64,000 nucleotides of DNA, taken from the NCBI GenBank assembly GCA_013265495.1, contig MU057700.1, positions 372,001 through 436,000 on the forward strand, in the 5' to 3' direction. This DNA is from Vicugna vicugna (lineage: Eukaryota). The notes beneath the pieces were generated by a model. That model was given only the letters and a program-made list of their open reading frames with translations, ran no database searches and was not told where the DNA came from. Positions 48,966-59,510 of the stretch are shown piece after piece (position 1 is the stretch's first letter; every line of letters begins with the position of its first letter). The translations under genes and the position numbers were made by a program.

Positions 48966-51900
48966 GTGAATTGTAATTATTTGTCACTGCATTATCTGCC
49001 CCTGTCCCCGTGGCTAGACCCCACACAAACCCCTGTTGTGCTGACCAGGAGAGGCTGACCTGGAAGAGTTGTGTGCAGGGGCACAAGTCCAGACAGGGGA
49101 CCCTCAGGAGTGTGTGCAAGTGCCCCAGTGTGTGCCCCACCCCGCACCATGATCTCCTTTGTAGTCCAGCCTCTCCTGCAGAGAGAAGGACTATGTGACT
49201 GGATTCCAGTGGACATGGGCAAAGTGCCATGGCCCCTCCAGGCTTGGCTCCACAGAGTTCTGTGCCCATCCCCGTGTACATGACTAGGCGTGTAGTGGCT
49301 GATGGGTTGGGGGTGTGGGGACAGGAGACACATGCACTGTGTTGGGACACAGAGACTGGGTGCTTGTTACCCTCAAGTACACAGCCTCTCCTGCCCTCAC
49401 AGACACAGGTGGGTGGGAGGCTGCGGAAGCAAAACAGATTCAAGTAGGTCTGAGATGGAGACTTTTCAAGGCTCTGTGGTATCATTCTGCTGTCCAGCTG
49501 GATGAATTTTCTGCAAACACCACCTGCAGATGCCCATCCGACCAGGCTCAACCCTTCCATGTGGCAAAGCACTGCCCACAGTGCTAAGTGCATGCAATTC
49601 TGCTTCCACAGCTGAGGACACGAGGGCAGCGGCGCCCACTTCATTGCTACGTGGCGGCTGGGAAGGAGCCCTGCATTCCGACTCCATCCTTTCCCCTCCC
49701 CAGAGGAAGAGAGCAGACAGCAGTGGATGCCGCACAGGCAAGGCTGGAAGGGCAGGATGGGGGGAGCAGGCAAGAAGAAAGCCCACTTGGGACCAGCCCC
49801 TCAGCTTCTGGGTCTTCGACCGTTTCACTGTTTCTGTGCGTTCGGCTGTTTCAGAGGCAGAAAAGTTTGATGAAGAAACTCAGTAAACTGCCCGTCTCCA
49901 CTCAGACTCCCATCATCACTTTGTGCACCCCCAGGTGGCCCCCCACACTCACCCGACTCTCAGGTCCTGGCACACAGAACACGTATCTTCCCAAGCATTT
50001 TCCAGACTGTTAGTTAAAGTTTAGGAACTTACATTGTTTCTTTTCCCCTTTCTGCAAGAGTGAGAACAATTGGAATTTTCTGGCAATCCCACAGGCACGC
50101 AGAGTGGGGCGGTGCTGGCATCAGTTTTGATGTCCACTGTCTTGCCAGGGGCTTTCTGATGGTTTTAGCAGCAGAATCCTTTCAGATCAGACAGCAGGTC
50201 AGGGCCAGAGCTCAGGGCAGAGCTCAGAGGTTGGACTCCCTCTCCTGGCCACCCTGCCCCTCAGGCACTTCTCTGGAGCCTTGGGCTCTGGAGAATCTAG
50301 ATAGGAGCACCCCACGTCAGAAGAGTGAAGGCTTAAGACTGCGGTAAGGTGCAGCCGCCAGTACCTGAATCTGGGAGAGGGCCTAGGGTCCCAGGACCCA
50401 GGTCTGCAGGGGTCTCCCCTGAGCAGGTTCCAGAACTAATCCCTGCCTGCCAGAGTTTTCCAGCCCTAACCCAGCCCCAGGAGGCATCGCTGACATCATG
50501 GAGAGCGTGCACCAGCTGGACCACCAGGTGGGCACACACCCCACCAGGTGCACAGGTGACCTTTCTGCAGCAGTGCCCTGGCTGCTAAACTCTGTGGAAC
50601 CACTCACAGGACAAAAGCAAACAGAGGTGTTTGCTCATGGCTGGTCACCTGCTCTCCTTGAGGGCTCAGGTGGTGCTTGAACTGCCCCCCTCAAGGTCTC
50701 ATTGGCGTCATCGACCTCACATCCGTGCTTTTTAGGGGGCATTGGCTCTGATGGGGGAGGAGCTAAGGGAACAGTGGCGCCTCTCTGCCATCTCTCACCC
50801 CACCCCCACCTTGCCTGGGGTCTCAGAGTGGACAGCTCAGAGGGCCAGTGGCTTCACAGCCTCCAGCCTTGGGGGCTCTGAGAGGGTTCCCAGAGGCTCC
50901 CACAATTACAAAGCTGTGAGGCCAGAGCTTGATGGCAGCCCAGGCCTCGTCTGGCCCCAAAGCTCAGGGAAGGTGAATGGTGGGAGGACCAGGTGGGGAT
51001 GGAGGGCAGGAGAAGGGCCCGTCCATAGAGGCCCCCAGGTGGCCTAGAGCTTCCACTGGAAGAGGCCTCCATCCTCTAAGGCCCTCTGAGATGAGGTGAA
51101 GCCCTGCCTCAGGAGTCACAGCCACCCCCAACCCCCTGAACATGGGCAGGCCCTGGGCTACCAGTCTCTGTTGCTCCCGGGAAGGGAGAGGAAAGCCACC
51201 TGGGCTCTGGGAGACCTGAGTCTTCACACCCCTTCAAGCCCACAGGGGGCCCTCCCCAGGCCACCCAGGTCATGGCCCTCAGAAGGACATCCTGGGCCTG
51301 ATCTCTCTGAGTCATACTGACCCCTCAGCCTTCCAGGGACTGAAGCACCCCCACCCATGAAGCATGGAAGACAGAACCTCAAAGACCCAAGGGAGGCAAA
51401 TGAGAAGGAGGGAAGGAATGGGAGGGTGACAGATGACCCCCAGCTGCCGTCATAGCTGGTGGCCCACAGCCAGGAGGGTCATGTTCCTGCCTGGCTGCCC
51501 CCCATCCCCTCCCACCTGGCCCCTCAGCCTGCCTGCTTCCATGCACCGGTCTGAAATCACACACACACATTCGAGACAAGTGATCACTTTGTGCTTCCTT
51601 TACTGCCCATCTCTCCCTATGGAGGACAGCTCTGAGGTCAAAGGGACCTTCTGTTGTCTCAGCACCTACATCCCTAGCCCTGGAGCAGCTCCTTAGGCAG
51701 CAGGGGGTCCCTCGGGGAGTATCTGTGGGCTGATCACTATGACGGCTATTGTTAACTGTTAAGTCACTCATTCAGAAAAACAGTCCCTGAGGTGAGGAGG
51801 AGGAGGAGTATATGCTTGACCCCCACACAAGGAAGTGTCCTCCCCGACTGACACCCACGGGAAGGGGGAGGGGGTCCACAGTGGAAATGTAGCCACGTCC

Positions 51901-52569
51901 ACAGGAGGGAAGGAAGTGCCACTGATGGTGGGGGAGGGCTTCTCCAACTCTGCCTTTTTCCCTGGGTGCCCAAATGGGCACTTTCTTCTCTCAGTCTGTC
52001 CTGGAGCCCTGGGGAGGAAGGCTCTGTCCTGGGAAGGCTCCGTCCTGGACAAGGAGACACAGCTGTACCCACGTGTCCTGAAGCCCAGCCCCGCTCCACC
52101 CCCCCAGCACAGTAGTTTCTGTCAGGTTCTGCGTCCCCAGACAGTGGACCCAAGGACCACACGCCTGGCCTACAGCACCAGCACAGAGGCCTCTTCCTGT
52201 CACTCCAGAGCACACATGCCCCAGCACACACGCCCCCTCCCCTGGGGCCAGATTGGCAGGATCCCACCTACTGGCTGTTCCTGGCCCCACAAGACTCCCA
52301 GATACCAGTGAAAGCGCCAGTGCCGCCTGAGAAACCAGCCGAGATCCCCAAGGGGCTTCTGTTTCAGGTGTCAGAGCACAGAGCCACACTTTCTGCCCAT
52401 ACCTGGACCAGGCTGTCCCCAGGGCCCCGAGGAGTAGTCACTGGTGGATGAGTGAACTCAGGGCCACCTTCCCCTCTCAGGACTCCTCCTCAGCCCAACC
52501 CCTGGTCCCCACCACTGGCCCAGAGAAGGGGCTTGCTGAAAGCGAGGGGACCAGGGGTGAGGAGTCACT

Positions 52570-52690
52570 AAGTCCTCTCCTAAGTCACTAAACTGAGGGT
52601 CAAGTCCACAGGCTGTGAGAGCCTCTGTTTCCTTACCTGTGAAATGGGAAAACAAGGCCACTTCCCCCAGGATTTCGGGAGGATACAGGG
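52570..52690 (+). mobile_element. MIR
   Basis: gagcctctgtttccttacctgtgaaatggg core. Confidence 0.55.
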
Positions 52691-55600
52691 AGCCAGCAGA
52701 CAGGTAATGCTCAGCCCAAGACAGGCAGGCCCTGAGGCTCCTGTGGGCTGGCTGCTGCCGGCATCGGCCAGTTCAGACCAGGAGACCTTCCAGTTCAGAC
52801 CAGGAGACCATGGAAAGGAGTCCTCGCTCAGGTCACAGAGTGGGGAAGGCCTCAGGGGAGGCAGCAGCTTCCCGGCCCTCCCTTCCCCTTGGTACCCCAG
52901 GCTCCATTTTAACAGATATCATCATTTTTCATTAGTTTTCTCCTCCCCTGGCTAAAAGGCCATTAGCTCCCCATTAGGTGACAGCATCCCATTTTCTTCA
53001 CACCACCGAGGAAACAGTGATTTACTTAGCCACCCCTAAAGCAATTCTGCAGAATAAAGGCAATTTAGCAATGGTCTCAATAAACTTCGCCATTTGCTCT
53101 CTGCTCACAGACCCCACCCTTAGGAGCCCACCAGCTGACCCAGCCCCTCAGGCCCTGGGTGGGTTGGGCCCTGCTAGGGCCCAGAGTAGCCAGCCTGGGA
53201 CAAGGGCTGCTCCCAGAGGCCAGACGCGCTTAGTGGGTTGGGGTGGAGGAGAAAGAAGGCTGGGCCCAGGTAAGCCTGGTGAAGCAAGACATGTCTTCCA
53301 CGAGTCCCTGGTCAAAGAGAGGAGGGGCCGAAAGAGGCAGAAAGAAGTCGGCAGAACAGCCTTCCTGGCTGCAGGGCTGCTCCAGCATCTGCTGGTCCAG
53401 GCAGAGGTGGTACACCCAGGCCCAACCACAGCCTGGGGAGGGGGCCTCCTAAGTGATGGCCATCTTCCCTTCTTCAGTACCTGGGGGTGAGACGGACTGA
53501 AAGGCGCAGAGGATGTGTGTGCAGGCAGAGGGAAGGCCTTTCTTTCCCCGTGGCCAAAAGTGCTGAGCAAAATGGAACCCAAGAAGCCAGGCCAGAAAGA
53601 TGAGAGAGTGAGGCCTGGTGAGGAACAGCAGAAGGTCAAGGAGATGCCGTTGGGTGAGGGGTCAGCCTGAGACATTCAGGGGAAACTCCAGAAGCTGGGA
53701 CTCAGTCTCCTGGTCCAGGCAACAAGATGGCTTTACCTGCACTGGAGCAGCACAAGACCAGAATGTCTTCTGAGAACTTTCAGATGCAAGTCCTTCATCT
53801 CTGGTTCCAGGACAGCCAGGGTTGATGGGCTGTGCTCCTGAGTGTGACCGGGGAAGGGCAGCTGCCCCGGTGTATACAGGTGGGGGTTCCAGTGTGTGTG
53901 TGGCAGAGAGAGGGGCTGGGTTCCTTGGGTGAGGGTGGAGTGTGAGGGGACAGGCTGTGCTGTGTGAGTGGATGTGTGTCCACTGGCCTCATGATCACAT
54001 ATCCTTGAGAAAGGGCAGAGTGTGTGTTAGTGATGACCAAGAGTGAGTGTGAGAGCGTGTGAGCATGGATTCAAGGGTATGTGTGTGTGCGTGCGTGTGT
54101 GTGAACGCATGGATACCAGCCTGTGAGTGAGGAGTCCTGCCCTGATCTGAGAGTCTGTGTCTGGGCTGGCACCTCTTTCTGAAGGTGTGTGCACTCCCAC
54201 ACAACGAGGGTGTGTACGCGTGGAGGGGGCAGGCCTTGGGGTTTGCTGATGTCTCATGACCTTGCTCTGAGCATCCCTGGGTCCACCTCTGCCTGCCCTG
54301 AGGCAGGGCGGTTCCCTCCCCTGCATTTCCAGTCTAGGCCACTGCCTCTTCATCTGGGCTGCCTCCTTACCCTATTCCCTCAGTTCCCCAGCACAGAACG
54401 GAGCTTCCAGTCTTGGGGAGGTATCTGGTCCAGTAGGGGAAGGCTTTCATTCTCTCGAGACCCAGCCCATCCCCCAGGCAACAGGCCCAGCCACTGAAGG
54501 GCTGCATCCACAAGAGGGCGCCCGGAGGCCGAGCTGCTCCCAGCCTGGCGGGGCTCACGGGAGGCCGTCTGGGGCGGTTCAGTGAAAGCCAGGCTCCCCA
54601 GCTCCAGGATTGCTTCTCCGTGAGGGGTGCCTCTCCAGAGGCCTAGCTGCCTCCTCCTGGATACTGCGGGACCACCTCTCCCCTCTTAGTGCCTCCAGGC
54701 GTGGTTTCTCGCTCATCCCAAGGGAAGGGTGGGTAGGGCAGGGGACCCACTTTCCCTGGATTGGAGAGCCTTTTTTTTTGACCACCCAACTCCATGGGTC
54801 CGGGGAGAGGAAAAGCTCTCCTGCATTCCTGTCAAGTGTCACAGGCCCCCTCACAGTACACCCCCACCCCCCAACCTTGTCCAGGCCCCCACAGCCTTGC
54901 TCAGCACCCTGGCTATGCCTAGGGCTGTGGAGAGGCACAGGGGAACCATACTGACTTCAGGCACACATGACACCTCCCAACCCCCAACTACAAAGTTGCA
55001 ACCCAGAGTTACAAGTGGTCTTCAGAACACCTTGTGTGTGTTTACTTCTGCCCTGCCTTCAACCTCCTCCTGCCTTTCCCCTAACAGCACTGTGACCCTC
55101 AGAGTCCCAGTGCTGGAAACAGACTCTTTCCCCCATCCTTTCCCAGTGCAAGGAAAGGGTTTCTGCTCTGCCTTCCCTATGATGGACTGGAGACCCATTC
55201 TGGCTTCGGCATCTGTCTCTTGAGCCCAGGATCCAGTCACACAAGCGAAGCCTTGCGCAGGCATGTGCACCCAGAGTCTGTGCAGGACCAAAGGCTAGAA
55301 GCAGGAGACTACGGCCTCCTCTGATCCCAAAGGCCACAGGGAGAGAAAGCCCTGTGTGAGGAGTCAGGGAGGGTGGTCGGCTCCTTCTCTCTGGGAGGGA
55401 AACTTGATGTATAAATAAGTACTTCAGAAAGGGATCAAGTTAGGTACAGTTCAAGGGGAACTAAAATTCATGGCCAAGGAGGGTCAAAGATTCACAGCCC
55501 TGTAGTTCATTCATTCTGACAGTTTGGGGGTGGGGGCGGTGACCAGCTTTTGCAAGGCCACATCTAATCCTCCCAGCACCGACCCTGGCGGCACACAGCC

Positions 55601-56396
55601 CTAGCCCACTCCAAGATGGTCAAAAGCGCTTGGTAAAGGTTGGCTCAGAGCCATCGAATGGTCTCAAAGGCCACACCTTCAGGTGCCCACGCCTGGCAGC
55701 GGCGCGGGACTCTGAGGCTGCGGAGGGACGGGAGCCACGGCGAGCCCTCAGCCGGCTGCGCTGGGTCAGCCTGAGCAGGCCCTCGAGGGCAGCATCCTTA
55801 GAAACCACAGGCTTTTTGCTTTTTTAAGGACTAGGGCGGCAAACACGCGCAAGGGAAAAGCGATCTTTTAAAAAAGAGCAGATCCTCTCTGCGTACCGCG
55901 GCGAGTCAGGGCGTCGGAGCTGGAGGAGGAATGCACCGACGTGGAGTGTAAAAAGAAAACCAGGACAGAGCAATGTTTTGCAGAAACAGAACTGCCTAAG
56001 TCTCCAGCTTTCTAGCTACCTCACTCGTCCTCCCCTACTTGTACCGAAACGGCAAGATCCGTTCGGTTCGCTCCAAGACGTGGCTACGGTGAGAGGCGCA
56101 ACCAGGCTGGGGCGCGCGGCTGCGACTCCGGCCCTGGGCACCGACCCTGGCCGCCTGGCCCGTGTCCCGCTCCGACCTGCGTCCAGCTCTGGCTCGAGAC
56201 CCGCCCAGCCTGGGGCCCGAGGCGCCCTGCCCGCCACACCACCTCTTTCCCAGCCGAGCCCAGGCAGCCGGCAACTGCGCAGCCCGCTGCCCGCCGCAAA
56301 CAGAAAGGCGTTTCCGAACGCGTCCACTCCGCCGCTCGGCGCGCGGCGCCAACTTCGCCCCAGCAGCTGCGGGCACCAGTCCCCGGCAGGACTCAC

Positions 56397-56463
56397 CTTC
56401 TCCGAGCAGCGGCAGCAGCAGCAGCAACCGCAGCCCCACGGCGACGGCCGTCACCTTCGCCAT
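56397..56463 (-). CDS. RET: RET exon 1 CDS, signal peptide MAKVTAVAVGLRLLLLLPLLGE (67 nt)
   Basis: Strong Kozak gcgATGG; donor G|GTGAGT; phase 1. Confidence 0.97.
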
Positions 56464-56653
56464 CGCCGGGGCCGCAGCAAGAGGGATGGTGACTTGGACT
56501 GGAGGTCTCGGTGGCGGGATGCGGCGCTCAGCCGGGCCGCCCCATGCCCGCCTGGGACACTGGGGACTCGGCGGACACTGCCGGAGCAGAGCGTCGGGGC
56601 GCGGGCTCAGGGGTACTCTAGGATGCTGTGCACCGGGCTCTGGTCGCGGGACT
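56464..56653 (-). other. RET: RET 5'UTR (exon 1 non-coding part)
   Basis: Minus strand begins AGTCCCGCGACC, matching the recalled start of human RET mRNA; GC-rich, leads to ccggcgATGG. Confidence 0.7.
56528..56545 (-). promoter_or_regulatory. Upstream ORF MGRPG* in RET 5'UTR
   Basis: ggcATGGGGCGGCCCGGCTGA, strong Kozak, only upstream ATG between the inferred TSS and main ATG. Confidence 0.7.
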
Positions 56654-56674
56654 GAGGTGGGGGGGGTGGGGGGG

Positions 56675-56877
56675 NNNNNNNNNNNNNNNNNNNNNNNNNN
56701 NNNNNNNNNNNNNNNNNNNNNNNNNNNNNNNNNNNNNNNNNNNNNNNNNNNNNNNNNNNNNNNNNNNNNNNNNNNNNNNNNNNNNNNNNNNNNNNNNNNN
56801 NNNNNNNNNNNNNNNNNNNNNNNNNNNNNNNNNNNNNNNNNNNNNNNNNNNNNNNNNNNNNNNNNNNNNNNNNNNNN
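56675..56877. other. Assembly gap (203 N) over the RET core promoter
   Basis: N run next to a G-run. Confidence 0.99.
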
Positions 56878-59319
56878 AGCGTGGCTCCCGCGGGGCGCGG
56901 GTTAGGAGAGCGGTGCTGATCGCGGGGTGCGGGCCGGGTGGGGTGCGAGTAGGAGCGAGGTGCGGGACGCGGGGTGCCTGCCTGCCAGCCGCAGCCTCAA
57001 TCCGCGCATCTCCGCAGGCACAATCACTCTTTCTCAGCCTATGAGCCCGCTCACGATTTCTGCGCTTCGACCTTTCCCGCTGCCCAGAGAGGGCAGGGAA
57101 ACCACGCGGGGGTGCTAGGTCTGGGCAGAATGGCTGTGGGTGCGAGCGGACAAGGAGACTAGGCGGGCACCTCGCCTCCCAGCTCCAGGCGCGGCGCGCA
57201 TCCTCCGCCATTTCTCAGATAAGGCAGGCGCTGTGGGAGCGCGGCCTCTCTAGGGGCCGGTGGCGAGAGGAGGGGAAGAGCCGGGAGAGCAAAGGAGAGC
57301 CGGAGCGCTTTCTGCGCACTCCAGGGGCCAGCCTGGCATGTGGCTTACAATGTCCGCGGTCTCCCTAGGGGTGTCCTAGAGCTAGTTTGTGAACCCCTCT
57401 CTTAGGACTGGTCTAACCAATGAGAGCAGGCAACCGACTCTGGGCGCATCTTTCAAAGACACCTTGCCCTGGTGTCTTGAAGGCTTGAATGGGGTGCCCC
57501 TCTTCCCCACCAAACAGAAGAACTCTTAGGGCGTGGGGCTGACTGGGGTAGCAGAGCAAGTGACAGGGAAGAACTGGAGCCCAAGATTTAATTTTTGCCC
57601 TAAGAAACGATGCCCATAAACACATCCTGTCCTAAAAAGGGAAGACTAACATGGGGCGTCCTGGGGTGAGGTTGGAGGTGAGTTCTAGGCTCCTCCTGCC
57701 CCCAGCTGCCTCTGAAGGTCTGGCAGCCACCTAGGCACAGAGGCAGAGAAGCCCATGGGTTCTTGGGGTGGGAGGGTCCAGGGCACCTAGGCCTGGGGTG
57801 CTCCTACGTCAGTGTCTCTTCTTCCTGCTGTGCACAGCGCCCCGCCCTCTTGCCTGGCTGAGCTCAGGGATGAATAAGAGCTGTGCACATCACGCTGCAG
57901 ATATGAAGTCAAAGTGAAGTCACCCTCGCAGGCAGGAGGAGGAGCTGCCAAGACAGGCTGGCTGGGGGCTCTGCCAGCCGATATGTTCAGAGCCAGCCTG
58001 CTGGCCGGAGGCCAGGGCACAGTGCTACCAGCTCAGAAGAGCCACCCTGCGGCCATTGGACCTTGTGTTGCCTGCCTTACACTTCTGGGGCCCCAGGCCC
58101 TTGGATTTATGGGGCTGGAGTTGGCCAGGGTGGGCTCCCTTGGGTGTAGACAGGCCCTGCCTCTGGTGCTAATAATATCTACCAAGGCTGCACATTCAGA
58201 CCTATGAACAAGGAAGGGGCCTGAGTAGGAAAGGAGAGCCCGAGGGGAACTTCTTTGTTACAGACAGGCTCCTATGGCAAGAGGATGCAGAAGGAAGAAA
58301 AGTGGCCTGGCCCATTCTTCCAGCCAGCCCCACCCTTGTGCCTCCCAGGGACTACCCTGGCCAGGCCTTGGCTGACACTGGACAGGCTGGATGTCTGGTT
58401 GTGCTGTGTAATTGCCTCAAGGGCCCATTGGAGACTGTGCTCCTGCCTGGGTCCCCTTGGGCTCTTCCACCCTCTCTCCACCACCACCCTTGGGGATCTT
58501 GAGTGGACATCTGACGCTATGGTGGGGGCATTGCCCTCTTCTTAGGAAAAGGTTTGGGGACCCTCATATGTGTACCCCTGTAAGTGTATGCACCTGTGTT
58601 CACACACGTGGATGTGGCTGTATACCCTTCCCCGCGTGCATGCCCAGAGACCTGATCAGGGGACATCCAGGAGAGGACAGAGAGCACTGGGCTTGCTGGC
58701 CTGGGAACTACAGGGAGGGGAGTGACTCTGCCCTGCCTGGGCTTAGACACTGGCTCAAGATCCAGAACATCAGGCAGCAGGAAGGAGCTTCCTCACCCAG
58801 TGGAGAGGAAATAGATGTGGCCTTACAAGTGGAGTTCAGAGACCAAGCTGGGGTAGAATCCGAAGGTGCCAGTCTGTGATTCCTGGGAAGCCCCTTTCTT
58901 TACTTCTCTTTGTCCTAGGCGCCCCGGGACAGTTACACAGGAGAGTCTAAAGCAGTTTCTTGCTCCCTGTCTTGGCTTCCCCTAGTCATGCCCCTCTGAG
59001 TCTCACTTTCTTGGAAGGAAGAGTGAAGATGAAAAGGGAGTACATGTGAGGGTAGACCTCAGTGCCAGGCACACAGTAACTGCTCAATAAATCATAGCCA
59101 TCCTTGCCCAGGCTGAAGACTGGCTCTAGCCTTAGCCTTGCCCTGACCACACTGTTGAGGGGTGTGGGCTCCCACAGGCAATGGGAAGCTCTCTGGGAGC
59201 TGGGGTGGGGGCACATCACAGTGCTATCAGTGCTCCCGTCTTTTATCAATATGTTAGATTCCTGGGTCTCACTTCCATAAAAATCCACATTAAAAAAAAG
59301 TTCCCCAAAAGATTGTGAT

Positions 59320-59510
59320 GCTTTGGAGTGAGTCAGACCTGACTTTGAATTTTATCACTTCTAGTAAAGTGACATTGTACCAGTCACTTTACCTCTCTGA
59401 ACCTCTGCTTTGTCTTCTGTAAAATAGAGGCTGAAATAGTCCCCATCCCTTCCATGACTGTGAGGAATGACCAAAATAGTGTGTGTATGGTCTAGCCCCC
59501 AGCACAGGGT
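59320..59510 (+). mobile_element. MIR
   Basis: agtcagacctgactttgaat...cagtcactttacctctctgaacctctgctttgtcttctgtaaaatag. Confidence 0.7.

Larger units (their letters stand above)
55690..57360. promoter_or_regulatory. CpG island / RET promoter
   Basis: Visibly dense CpG and high GC spanning exon 1; boundaries estimated by eye. Confidence 0.9.

Noticed and set aside
48949..49773. Longest ORF in the track (274 aa, minus)
   Set aside because: No recognisable domain, composition typical of GC-rich intron, ends in an L1 tail
55978..57211. Long overlapping ORFs around exon 1
   Set aside because: Stop-poor CpG island sequence and ORFs running through Ns; only the 67-nt signal-peptide exon is supported
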